A stretch of DNA of 32,000 bases from Methanocella conradii HZ254 (GTDB lineage Archaea > Halobacteriota > Methanocellia > Methanocellales > Methanocellaceae), in assembly GCF_000251105.1 (NCBI RefSeq), contig NC_017034.1, positions 1,540,746 through 1,572,745 of the forward strand, in the 5' to 3' direction. Shown here one piece after another: positions 15,237-23,553 of the stretch; position 1 is the stretch's first letter; every line of letters starts with the position of its first letter. The translations under genes and the position numbers were made by a program. Below the pieces are notes generated by a model. That model had not been told where the DNA came from and ran no database searches. It was given only the letters and a program-made list of their open reading frames with translations.

Positions 15237-16463
15237 TCAAGCCCCGAACTTTTTCGTCCTGTTTATGAGGTCCAGGGCTATGGGCATCACGTCCATGCCG
15301 CGTATCCTGTGCAGCCCGCCCTTATATGCCACCAGCTCATTATAGCTTGCTACGTCGTCTATCCTTATCCCCGGCCCGTGCATCATGATGGGCACAGGAT
15401 CGGCTGAGTGGTCCTTGATGGAGACGGGAGTGCTATGGTCAACTGTAACTATGACCAGTACATCCTTTAGCTTCAACACGTCCTTAAAGGCGGCGTCTGT
15501 CGCCTCTAAAAAGCTTTTCTTCTTTTCAAAGTCCCCGTCGTGGCCAGCCTCGTCGGCGCCCTTTATGTTCACCAGCACGAAATCGTGGGTCTCAAGCGTT
15601 TCGAGCGCCTTCTTCATCTTGGCCCTGGCCGACGAGCCGGACGCCTCTACTTCCATGCTTCCGACCGGTATGTGCTCGAGCCCGCACATCTTGCCTATCC
15701 CGATTATCAGGCCTGCGGCGGCTATGACCGCCCCCTTGAGGCCGTATCGCTCCTGGAATGGGGGTATATGTGGCACTTCGCCTGCGCCCCTTATTAATAT
15801 GGCATTGCCTGGCGGAAGCCCTTGCCTTTTTCTTTCGAGGTTCTCGGGCATGCCATCCAGCAAGCTGAGGACCTGTCTCGATATGCTGTTCACCGCCTCC
15901 GCCGTCCGCTTTGCCTCAGGCGTATCATCCAGCGCGTGGCACTCCTTGATCGGTAGCCCCTCTTTTTTAGGGTCTGTATCAGATATGGCTGCGGATAAGC
16001 CTCTCCCCCTCAGCACGAGAGCACCCCTGTGGCCTGTAGAACGCTTGAAAATCACTTCTATGCCCGGCACTTTTACCTCTTCATTTATCGCCTTTGCCAG
16101 CCCGTCAGTGTCGGATATGCGCCCCGCCCTTCTATCAATTACTACGCCATTCTCGACTGTGGCAAAGTTGACGCGGAAGGCGATGTCGCCCCCCTTCACG
16201 TCTATTCCCACGCCCGCCGCCTCGAATGGCCCGCGGCCCGTGTAATACTTATAAGGGTCATATCCCAGTATGGCGAGGTGTGAGGTGTCCGAGCCTGGCC
16301 TTATTCCGGGCCCTACCGTGTCCATTATCCCGTTGATGCCGCCGTATGCCAATGCGTCCAGGTTTGGCTTGTCCGCCTCCGATAGCGGCGTCCTGCCTTC
16401 GACGGGCCTATCCGATGCGCCGTCTAGCACGATGAGAAGGATCTTGTTCGCAACGTCAGACAT
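15237..16463 (-). CDS. apgM: Cofactor-independent phosphoglycerate mutase, archaeal type (ApgM)
   Basis: The ORF track starts at 16481 (MYACDIM...). I prefer the in-frame ATG at 16463 (MSDVANKILLIVLDGASDRP...), which matches ApgM N-termini, with a T/A-rich TATA-like box at about 16493-16503. Metalloenzyme-superfamily motifs are present (LDGASDRP; NIKGADEAGHDGD; VTVDHSTP). Confidence 0.9.
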   Translation of the reverse strand: MSDVANKILLIVLDGASDRPVEGRTPLSEADKPNLDALAYGGINGIMDTVGPGIRPGSDTSHLAILGYDPYKYYTGRGPFEAAGVGIDVKGGDIAFRVNFATVENGVVIDRRAGRISDTDGLAKAINEEVKVPGIEVIFKRSTGHRGALVLRGRGLSAAISDTDPKKEGLPIKECHALDDTPEAKRTAEAVNSISRQVLSLLDGMPENLERKRQGLPPGNAILIRGAGEVPHIPPFQERYGLKGAVIAAAGLIIGIGKMCGLEHIPVGSMEVEASGSSARAKMKKALETLETHDFVLVNIKGADEAGHDGDFEKKKSFLEATDAAFKDVLKLKDVLVIVTVDHSTPVSIKDHSADPVPIMMHGPGIRIDDVASYNELVAYKGGLHRIRGMDVMPIALDLINRTKKFGA

Positions 16464-16504
16464 GATATCACAAGCATACATCCACGCTCAATACATAAAA
16501 AAGT

Positions 16505-16581
16505 CTCTAAGTCTAAGAAGCCCACTATGAAGACCATTAATTCTCGCCCTAATAACCTTCATAGCGGGCTTAGACTTAGAG
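16505..16581 (-). terminator. Long bulged hairpin followed by T6 on the minus strand (candidate cofD terminator or structured RNA)
   Basis: The left arm CTCTAAGTCTAAGAAGCCCACTATGAAG (16505-16532) pairs with the right arm CTTCATAGCGGGCTTAGACTTAGAG (16557-16581), giving about 25 bp with a 2-nt bulge and one mismatch and a 24-nt loop. On the minus strand the hairpin is followed by CTTTTTTATG. It lies 7 nt downstream of the cofD stop. Confidence 0.55.
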
Positions 16582-16587
16582 AGCTTA

Positions 16588-17481
16588 TCAAACGCATTTG
16601 GTGAGCATGAAATCGGCGAGCGCTTTGCTCTTCTCGACGCTCGTCATAAGGGTGTCAAAGCGGGCAACCTCGAAGTCATAGCCAGAGAGATCCGTAGTAT
16701 CGCGCTCGTCGATGATAAGGACGTCAACGATGTCCTTATAGAACTCGGCCACGCCCCTTGTAGACGGCTCAAGCCCTTTCGCCTTCATGAGCTTTGCAGC
16801 GGGGCCGCTGACGGGCTTATCACCTATGAAAGGACTAACTGCAACGACGAATTTAATTTGCAGAGTCTCACGGACACCCTCCAGGGCCAAAATTGGGCCT
16901 ATACTTGTGATGGGATTGCTGGGGCCTATGAAAATGTTATCAGAGGCATTCAAGGCCTCCATGACCTCGGGCGTGGGAACCAGATCACCAAAAAGCTTAA
17001 CTGAGATGACTTCCGGCTCGCCCCGCATGCCAACCCAAAAGTCCTGGAAGTGAAAGTCGCCATCAGGCGTGCATATCACGGAGGCTATGTCATTCTCGCT
17101 CATTGGGAGCACAATGGTCTTTATCTGAAAAACGTCACAAAGCTCCCTCGTGGCATCCGTCAAGGAGTTACCGTTTTTTAGAAGCTCAGTTCGAAGGATA
17201 TGAGTCGCACGGTCCTTATCCCCAATCATTATCTCCTCAAAGTGCCCCATCGCCTCAAGCGCCTTAAAAGTGTTAAACGTGTCACCTTTAATGCCCCACC
17301 ACTTCTCATCATCTATGACGCCGGCAATTGTATAGATTACCGAGTCGATGTCTGGCGTCACCTTGTTTCCGGATATCCACACGTCCTCGGCAGTGTTCAC
17401 GATAACGGCTATGTCTTCGCTATCCTTGAAGCCCCTCAGCAATTTCGGGGTGCCCGTGCCCCCTGACAGAATGGATAACAT
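16588..17481 (-). CDS. cofD: 2-phospho-L-lactate transferase (F420 biosynthesis)
   Basis: 297-aa ORF beginning MLSILSGGTGTPKLLRGF, the signature CofD N-terminus. Length and overall pattern are typical. Confidence 0.9.
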   Translation of the reverse strand: MLSILSGGTGTPKLLRGFKDSEDIAVIVNTAEDVWISGNKVTPDIDSVIYTIAGVIDDEKWWGIKGDTFNTFKALEAMGHFEEIMIGDKDRATHILRTELLKNGNSLTDATRELCDVFQIKTIVLPMSENDIASVICTPDGDFHFQDFWVGMRGEPEVISVKLFGDLVPTPEVMEALNASDNIFIGPSNPITSIGPILALEGVRETLQIKFVVAVSPFIGDKPVSGPAAKLMKAKGLEPSTRGVAEFYKDIVDVLIIDERDTTDLSGYDFEVARFDTLMTSVEKSKALADFMLTKCV

Positions 17482-17563
17482 GGCTATCGCTGTATCATAT
17501 GCGGCACATCATTATAAGGCTTTCAGGAAAGACAGGTTTATCATTAGCGCCGCCTACTATGTA

Positions 17564-18760
17564 ATGTTTATGAGCCCGATCAGAGACCCCATCCATGGCT
17601 ACATCGAGGTGGCGCCACACATCGAGAGGCTGCTGGACACGGGAATAGTGCAGCGTTTAAGAAATATTAAGCAGCTAGGGTGGACAAACCTCGTCTATCC
17701 TGGCGCAAACCACACGAGGTTTGAGCACTCTTTGGGAACCTATTATTTGGCCAGCAGGCTGGCAGGCGAGCTATCTGAGGAAGAGCGCAGGGAAATTGAG
17801 ATAGCGGCCCTGCTACACGACGTCGGGCACGGGCCGTACTCGCATGATAGCGAGGACATCATCGAGCAGTACACCAGGCGCAGGCACGATGACGTGGCCT
17901 TCCTCATTGAAAGCGAGGAAATAGCTGGCATTCTCGACGAGTATGGCATCAAGCCTTCGGCCATATCCGGCCATATACAGGGTAAGACTAAGATAGGGCA
18001 GATAATCTCAGGCTCGCTAGACGTGGACAGGATGGACTACATAATAAGGGATGCCTATTATACCGGCGTGGCATACGGCATCGTCGACTATGAGCACCTG
18101 CTGCGCAACATCAGGTTTTATGATAATAACATAGTGTTATACTATAGGGGCCTGAAGTCGGCCGAATCTCTGCTCATGTCGAGGTTTCTGATGTACCCGT
18201 CCGTCTATGATCACCACGTTGGCCGCATAGCTGGCTCCATGTTCGTGCACGCCCTTGAGGCGGCCATCCTGAACGGCGACGTGAACGCCTTTGAGCTACA
18301 GCAGATGGACGACTACGAGCTTAATGCCCGAATGAGGAATTTTAATGAGTACTCGGCCGACATGATACGCCGCCTCAACTCGCGAAACCTGTTCAAGAGG
18401 GCGCTTTACGTCGGCTTTGACTCGGTGGACAAGAGCATCGTGAGGTATACAAGGATACAGAAGGATATCGAGCGAGAGATAGCCCGCATGGCGGGGGTAG
18501 AGGAAGGCTACGTGCTCGTGGATATTCCGAAAATGCCAGAGTTCAGGGAACGTAACACAATGGTGCTCATGGAAAACGGACAGCTTAAATACCTGGAGGA
18601 CGTCTCGAAGCTGGTAAAGATCATGGAGGAGTCGTACTTTGATGACTGGCGGATGGGCGTCTATACGCTGCCCGAGTGTAGGGATAGGGTTGCGAGGGTG
18701 GCGCGGGCCTACTTTAACGTGGAGCGTGTGCCCAGGCAAAGCAAGCTAGGGGTAGCCTGA
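17564..18760 (+). CDS. HD-domain phosphohydrolase of the SAMHD1/dNTP-triphosphohydrolase-like type (COG1078-like)
   Basis: The ORF track begins at 17348, but that extension overlaps cofD on the opposite strand. The in-frame ATG at 17564 (MFMSPIRDPIHGYIEV...) follows TATA-like ATTATAAGG at about 17510-17518. Motifs: RFEHSLGT, LLHDVGHGPYSH, SLDVDRMDYIIRD. Confidence 0.8.
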   Translation: MFMSPIRDPIHGYIEVAPHIERLLDTGIVQRLRNIKQLGWTNLVYPGANHTRFEHSLGTYYLASRLAGELSEEERREIEIAALLHDVGHGPYSHDSEDIIEQYTRRRHDDVAFLIESEEIAGILDEYGIKPSAISGHIQGKTKIGQIISGSLDVDRMDYIIRDAYYTGVAYGIVDYEHLLRNIRFYDNNIVLYYRGLKSAESLLMSRFLMYPSVYDHHVGRIAGSMFVHALEAAILNGDVNAFELQQMDDYELNARMRNFNEYSADMIRRLNSRNLFKRALYVGFDSVDKSIVRYTRIQKDIEREIARMAGVEEGYVLVDIPKMPEFRERNTMVLMENGQLKYLEDVSKLVKIMEESYFDDWRMGVYTLPECRDRVARVARAYFNVERVPRQSKLGVA

Positions 18761-19119
18761 TGGAATTGGTGAAATCAAATAGCGCTGGGAGAATTTCTGT
18801 CGACTTGAAGGCGGTCGAGGTAGGCGATGGCCTTCTCGTGGTCATTACGGGTGGAAATGCTCATATTGGCGCTGCTGCAGTCGGCATTAATTATGGCGCG
18901 ATGGCAACTTCTTCGGTTATAACAGTCCCTGGGCACAGGGAGGACAGGGTGGTGAAGGATGCAGCGGAAAAGCTCGCCAAAGAGCTAGGCAGGACCGTCG
19001 TAGTCGTGGCGGGCATCCATTATGATAAGATGAGTAAAGAGGAAATACGTGACGCCCTCCGGCTCTCCGGCGAGCTGGTGGACGCGCTGGCGGGAGAACT
19101 ATGCAAAAGAAGATCGTGA
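18760..19119 (+). CDS. LpdD-like protein (prenylated-flavin chaperone family)
   Basis: 119-aa ORF. Its ATG overlaps the HD gene stop by 1 nt (TGATG). GLLVVITGGNAHIGAAAVG and VPGHREDRVVKDAAEKLAKELGRTVVVVAGIHYDKMSKEEI parallel the LLIVVTGG-NPHIG and AGIH segments of Lactobacillus LpdD as I remember them. It overlaps ubiX by 19 nt. Confidence 0.65.
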   Translation: MELVKSNSAGRISVDLKAVEVGDGLLVVITGGNAHIGAAAVGINYGAMATSSVITVPGHREDRVVKDAAEKLAKELGRTVVVVAGIHYDKMSKEEIRDALRLSGELVDALAGELCKRRS

Positions 19120-19706
19120 TAGGGATGACAGGGGCGAGCGGGGTGCGATACGGCATCCGGCTTCTAGAGGCGCTTGAAGGCATCGAGGAGACGCACCTCA
19201 TATTATCAAAGGAAGCGAGAGAGCTTATAGAGATTGAGACAGACGTGCAGGTAAGCGATCTCATACAAAAGGCGACCTTCCACTATGAGGACGACGATTT
19301 CATGGCGCCGGTGGCAAGCGGCTCGTACCGATTCGACGCCATGGTCATAGTGCCCTGCACCATGAAGACGCTCTCCGGCGTGGCGAACGGCTATGCTGAC
19401 ACGCTCATAGGGCGGGCGGCCGACGTCGCTTTAAAGGAGGGGCGCAGGCTCATCTTAGTGCCAAGGGAGATGCCGCTAAGCCTCGTCCATCTGGAGAATA
19501 TGGTAAAGGCGTGTAGGGCGGGCTGTGTGGTCATGCCCGCCTGCCCTGGCTTCTACAATAGGCCCAGGACTATAGACGACCTCGTCGATAACGTGGTCGG
19601 CCGAATACTGGACCAGCTTGGCATCGATAATAGCCTGTACCAGCGATGGGGAGAGAAAGGGAAAAAGCACGATGTTCTACCGTCCACGCCTCACAGGATA
19701 AGATAA
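19101..19706 (+). CDS. ubiX: Flavin prenyltransferase UbiX
   Basis: 201-aa ORF. The N-terminus KKIVIGMTGASGVRYGIRLLEAL and the core VIVPCTMKTLSGVANGYADTLIGRAADVALKEGRRLILVPREMPL are typical UbiX/Pad1 flavoprotein motifs. Confidence 0.9.
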   Translation: MQKKIVIGMTGASGVRYGIRLLEALEGIEETHLILSKEARELIEIETDVQVSDLIQKATFHYEDDDFMAPVASGSYRFDAMVIVPCTMKTLSGVANGYADTLIGRAADVALKEGRRLILVPREMPLSLVHLENMVKACRAGCVVMPACPGFYNRPRTIDDLVDNVVGRILDQLGIDNSLYQRWGEKGKKHDVLPSTPHRIR

Positions 19707-19719
19707 AACCTTTGCTGAA

Positions 19720-20169
19720 TCAGGCGTGGTACTGGTCGAACTTGTCCTTCTCCGCTTCTACCTTCTGGAAGTTTATGACGGGCAGCGGCGTAGCAGGGGG
19801 CAGACACAGGCTCTGGGAAATAAGCATCGCCAGCGGTATAATCCTCGCCATCACGTTATTCGCAGCCTCATTCTGTACGGCAACGTCCGGCCTGCCCCCT
19901 TCCCACTCCTTAAGTATCTTCTCGATATTGCCTCCCGCATAGTCACAAAAGCCCTCGAACCTGATGAACCCGATGGAAGGGCTAAAATAGTTAATAGTTA
20001 TGCTGTACTCGATGCGGAGCACCTTATCAGGCCCCATGGGGGGCTTCACTGCCGACAAATTCCTCAAGTTAATGTCATAGTTCACGTTAATGTTCCTGTA
20101 CTTGGGTAGCTCTTCCAGGGAAACGTGCCTGGCAGACTCTATCTTGTTTATTGCGAATCCGACTATCAT
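19720..20169 (-). CDS. Hypothetical 149-aa protein, possibly SecB-like fold
   Basis: ORF 9 nt downstream of pth2 on the same strand. Its length and segment order loosely parallel E. coli SecB. The clearest match is the C-terminal NNVMARIIPLAMLISQSLCLPPATPLPVINF against [32 protein letters not shown]. The comparison is from memory only. Confidence 0.5.
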   Translation of the reverse strand: MIVGFAINKIESARHVSLEELPKYRNINVNYDINLRNLSAVKPPMGPDKVLRIEYSITINYFSPSIGFIRFEGFCDYAGGNIEKILKEWEGGRPDVAVQNEAANNVMARIIPLAMLISQSLCLPPATPLPVINFQKVEAEKDKFDQYHA

Positions 20170-20178
20170 GGTCTTCCC

Positions 20179-20526
20179 TTACATTAGTTTTAGGTGGCCT
20201 ACCAGCCTATCGAGCTTTTCCGCCTCCGCGGGGCCCAGGCCCAATGCGGTGATTGTGCCAGGAGGAACTGTCGTGAGGCCAGCGTCCTGTATGAGCGCCG
20301 TTGGGATGTCCATCTTTCGGGCCTCTTCCTTGTATTTAAACAAATCTTCCAGCCGGTCGACCTTTAAGACTATCTTTTTCTGGCCCTGCCGCTTCCACTC
20401 CTCCTGTACTGCGGGCTTCGCCCACTCGTATGCTGATAGCGATGCGTGGGCAACCTGTACCGCCATCTTCCCCTTTGGAAGCTTTAGGTCATCCCTTACA
20501 AGTATGCATTGCTTATACTCAGTCAT
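20179..20526 (-). CDS. pth2: Peptidyl-tRNA hydrolase, archaeal/eukaryotic type (Pth2)
   Basis: 115-aa ORF. KQCILVRDDLKLPKGKMAVQVAHAS...IQDAGLTTVPPGTITALGLGP is the canonical PTH2 pattern. Confidence 0.9.
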   Translation of the reverse strand: MTEYKQCILVRDDLKLPKGKMAVQVAHASLSAYEWAKPAVQEEWKRQGQKKIVLKVDRLEDLFKYKEEARKMDIPTALIQDAGLTTVPPGTITALGLGPAEAEKLDRLVGHLKLM

Positions 20527-20602
20527 TTCTTTTACGTTAGTACGGCAAAAAAGATAAACGTTAAGGTTGTAGAGTTGGTTATCACGATTCAGGTTGACAA
20601 GA

Positions 20603-21787
20603 ATGTGCTATGATGTGGTCGTGGTCGGCGCAGGCCCTTCGGGCTCGATGGCCGCCAAGTATGCGGCGAAGAATGGCGCCAGGACTCTCTTAATAGAGGA
20701 GCACGGGATGATAGGCTCCCCTGTGTCTTGCACGGGCCATATAAGCGTGAAGGCGCTCAATGAGTGCGAGCTCCCTGAGGGTAATTTTATTAATAAGAGG
20801 ATTAGGGGAGCTTTTGTTTACGCCCCTAATAACCATTCTATACCTATCGATGGGCGGCGTACCATGACTTATGTGGTGGAGAGGAAGATATTTGACAGGG
20901 AACTGGCAAAGGCCGCCGCCTCGGCGGGGGCGGAGGTACTGGTCGATACGGCGGTGAGAGGCGTCAGGAAGGTGCCAGGAGGAGTGGTGCTCGATGCCGT
21001 GAGCGAGGGAAAGAAGACCGAGATAGCTGCGAAGGTCGTGATAGGGGCGGATGGCGTGAGGAGCAAGGTAGCGCGAAGCGCCGGATTGGGCAGGATACCG
21101 CACGTATGCACGGGCATCCAGGTTGAGGCCAGCTATGAGCCGAGAGACCCTGAGTTTGTCGAGGTCTTTTTAGGGCATCGGTATGCGCCCGGCTACTTTG
21201 CGTGGTCCGTCCCCACTACAGGCGGCTGCTGTCGCATAGGCTTGAACGCCGATAACGATGCCCACGTTTACCTGGAACGCCTTTTGAAAGAGCACGAAAT
21301 CGTGTCGAAGAAGGCCCGCTCGGCCGTCGACCTGATCATGGGTGGCATACCCGTGGGCACGCTGAAGCGCACCGTTTCTGATGGAGTATTAATCGTGGGA
21401 GATGCGGCGGGACAGGTGAAGCCCATCTCTTATGGCGGCATATATACGGGCGCTAAATGCGCTAAGATTGCGGGGGAGGTTGCCGCGAAGGCCGCCCTGG
21501 AAGGCGACGTGAGCGCTCAAAGGCTGATGGAGTATGAGAGGCGCTGGAGGGGTGAGATAGGCATGGAATTGACGTTTGGGCTTAAGGCGCGGCAAATATT
21601 TGGGAAGATGTCTGATGGCGACCTGAACGAGGCAATCGCCGCGCTGGACGACCCCGACATCCTTGAAATGATCACTAAGTATGGCGATATAGACCACCCA
21701 TCCATGCTTGCGCGCCAGTTCCTGGGACTCTCCATGAATAAGAGCGCGTGGCGTTTTATCAAGTTGTTTGCCCGTATTATCATCTAG
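20603..21787 (+). CDS. Geranylgeranyl reductase family FAD-dependent oxidoreductase
   Basis: The ORF track starts at TTG 20594; the in-frame ATG at 20603 gives MCYDVVVVGAGPSGS (FAD-binding GxGxxG). Also present are VIGADGVRSKVAR and VGDAAGQVKPISYGGI, typical of archaeal GGR. Confidence 0.85.
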   Translation: MCYDVVVVGAGPSGSMAAKYAAKNGARTLLIEEHGMIGSPVSCTGHISVKALNECELPEGNFINKRIRGAFVYAPNNHSIPIDGRRTMTYVVERKIFDRELAKAAASAGAEVLVDTAVRGVRKVPGGVVLDAVSEGKKTEIAAKVVIGADGVRSKVARSAGLGRIPHVCTGIQVEASYEPRDPEFVEVFLGHRYAPGYFAWSVPTTGGCCRIGLNADNDAHVYLERLLKEHEIVSKKARSAVDLIMGGIPVGTLKRTVSDGVLIVGDAAGQVKPISYGGIYTGAKCAKIAGEVAAKAALEGDVSAQRLMEYERRWRGEIGMELTFGLKARQIFGKMSDGDLNEAIAALDDPDILEMITKYGDIDHPSMLARQFLGLSMNKSAWRFIKLFARIII

Positions 21788-21837
21788 GTGGCAGTCAGCT
21801 TGAAGCGCGTCAAGATGAGGAAAAAGTAGAGGGCGGC

Positions 21838-22371
21838 ATGGTGCGCGTCCATTACGCTAAGGGTTTGCTGGAGCTATTTGAGAAAGCCCCGGCGCTTCAA
21901 AATCGTATCGAGTATACGTTGTGGTTTTTTCCAGAGATAGAGGATATCAGGTTTGGGAGGGCCGCAAGGAGCGCCTATTATGATTCGGGGTCGGGTACGG
22001 TAAGGCTAACGAGGGGCAGTAGCGTTTATGTCATTGGCCATGAGATAACGCATTACTTGCAGGATGGGCGGCACTTCAATGGCAAGACGCTTCCAGAAGG
22101 CGAGAGGCAGTGCGACCTCTTTTTATTTGCCCGTAGCCCTGCGCTCGTGTTCGACGTATGGGAAGGCAGGGATTCCTCATACCTTGGAAAAGCGCTCAAC
22201 CTTGGCTTACTTAAAGAGCTATACTCGAAGGAGGAGGGGCAGATGATGGTTTATGAAGCATGTAGGGAAGCCGTTGCCATGTATAAAGAAAGGCCATGCC
22301 ATTACATAAGGTGGGCGGAGAAACGCATTAACGAGAATATCATGCAGCGCCTCAGGCATCGATATTCTTAA
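21838..22371 (+). CDS. Hypothetical protein with an HExxH motif (putative zinc metallopeptidase-like)
   Basis: The ORF track starts at 21748, overlapping the GGR 3-prime end. The first ATG after the GGR stop is 21838 (MVRVHYAKG...), giving 177 aa. It contains VYVIGHEITHYLQDG. No family recognised. Confidence 0.5.
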   Translation: MVRVHYAKGLLELFEKAPALQNRIEYTLWFFPEIEDIRFGRAARSAYYDSGSGTVRLTRGSSVYVIGHEITHYLQDGRHFNGKTLPEGERQCDLFLFARSPALVFDVWEGRDSSYLGKALNLGLLKELYSKEEGQMMVYEACREAVAMYKERPCHYIRWAEKRINENIMQRLRHRYS

Positions 22372-22416
22372 ATATATAACCGCACATCTCTGGGTTCATC
22401 CTAAACATTGCCGTTC

Positions 22417-23553
22417 ATGGAGGCCCTGTGCTTGAACTTTTTCATCACGCTTACGACAGCTTGCGATTTACAGTGCAGATATTGCTATGGCGAGTGCTGT
22501 GACGATTTCGACGAGTCCTGCGATGAGGATGATATCGATTACTACTTGCCCCGTGACCTGTCTTATGATGCTGGTGCCTTGAAGGCTTTCATGGCTAAGG
22601 ATCCCGATGCCACGCTCATCTTTTATGGTGGTGAGCCGCTCCTGAACGTCGAGAAGATGTACGAGCTTATGGACGTGGTGCCAGCTAAGCGGTTCATGCT
22701 TCATACGAATGGCACGATGCTTCACAGGGTGCGGCCAGAGTACCTTAATAGGCTTCACACCATTTCTATCTCGATAGATGGCGATGAGGCGCTTACTGAC
22801 TATAACCGGGGCAAAGGGGTTTATAGGAGGATAGCCTCGAATGCGAGGCTTGTGAGGGAGAATGGCTTCAAGGGTGAGATGATCGCCCGCATGACTGTTA
22901 CCGAGGATTGCGATATATACAGGCAGGCCTTGTTTTTATTGAATAGCCAGGATTTTTCTTTTGATAGCGTCCACTGGCAGCTCAACGCTTTGTTCTGGAA
23001 GAACGATTATGGTAGGCGGCAATTCTCGAGATGGGCCAGGGATAGCTATAACCCGGGCATAACTCGATTGGCTGGCGAGTGGGTCAGGGTGATGCGTGAG
23101 GAGGGCAGGGTTCTTAGAATGTATCCATTTATGTCGATCATGCGCTCGCTATTGCTAGAGGAGAAGACGCTACTTAGATGTGGGGCTGGATGGGCAGAGT
23201 TTAACGTGCAGACAGATGGCATGATATCGCCATGCCCCGTGATGTCCGGCATGAAAAAGTACTATGCTGGCGATATATTCAAGGGCGACCCGCTACGCTT
23301 AAAGCAAACCCTCATATCAGGGCCATGCGAGGGGTGCGAGATGCTGGATATATGTGGTGGCCGATGCCTCTACGCAAACGTCACCATGAAATGGGGCGAC
23401 AAGGGGTTCGCAGAAGTATGCTCCACCGTAAAGCATCTCATAAATACGCTCAAAGATGCCCTCCCGGAAATAAGGCAACTCCTAAAAGAAGGAAAGATAT
23501 CAATGGAAGACTTCGATCACATTAAGTTCAACAGCTGTGAAATAATTCCTTAA
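22417..23553 (+). CDS. Radical SAM / SPASM-domain enzyme (archaeal AF0577-like or anSME-like maturase)
   Basis: The in-frame ATG at 22417 gives MEALCLNFFITLTTACDLQCRYCYG, containing C-x3-C-x2-C. The C-terminal CGAGW...GMISPC...CEGCEMLDICGGRC contains C-x2-C-x5-C-x3-C, the SPASM auxiliary-cluster signature. Confidence 0.8.
   Translation: MEALCLNFFITLTTACDLQCRYCYGECCDDFDESCDEDDIDYYLPRDLSYDAGALKAFMAKDPDATLIFYGGEPLLNVEKMYELMDVVPAKRFMLHTNGTMLHRVRPEYLNRLHTISISIDGDEALTDYNRGKGVYRRIASNARLVRENGFKGEMIARMTVTEDCDIYRQALFLLNSQDFSFDSVHWQLNALFWKNDYGRRQFSRWARDSYNPGITRLAGEWVRVMREEGRVLRMYPFMSIMRSLLLEEKTLLRCGAGWAEFNVQTDGMISPCPVMSGMKKYYAGDIFKGDPLRLKQTLISGPCEGCEMLDICGGRCLYANVTMKWGDKGFAEVCSTVKHLINTLKDALPEIRQLLKEGKISMEDFDHIKFNSCEIIP

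Noticed and set aside
15385-16245. Long antisense ORFs inside well-supported genes: 15385-16245 (286 aa), 3780-4394, 5361-5909, 9069-9668, 24555-25172, 24899-25396, 20690-21103
   Set aside because: They lie opposite genes with clear family motifs. They have Ser/Pro/Arg/Ala-rich low-complexity composition, typical of shadow ORFs in GC-biased coding DNA, and show no recognisable motifs.
17348-17563. N-terminal extension of the HD hydrolase overlapping cofD
   Set aside because: The extension overlaps the cofD coding region on the opposite strand by more than 130 nt. The conserved HD-family N-terminus (PIRDPIHGYIE) begins just after the ATG at 17564, which has a TATA-like box about 50 bp upstream.
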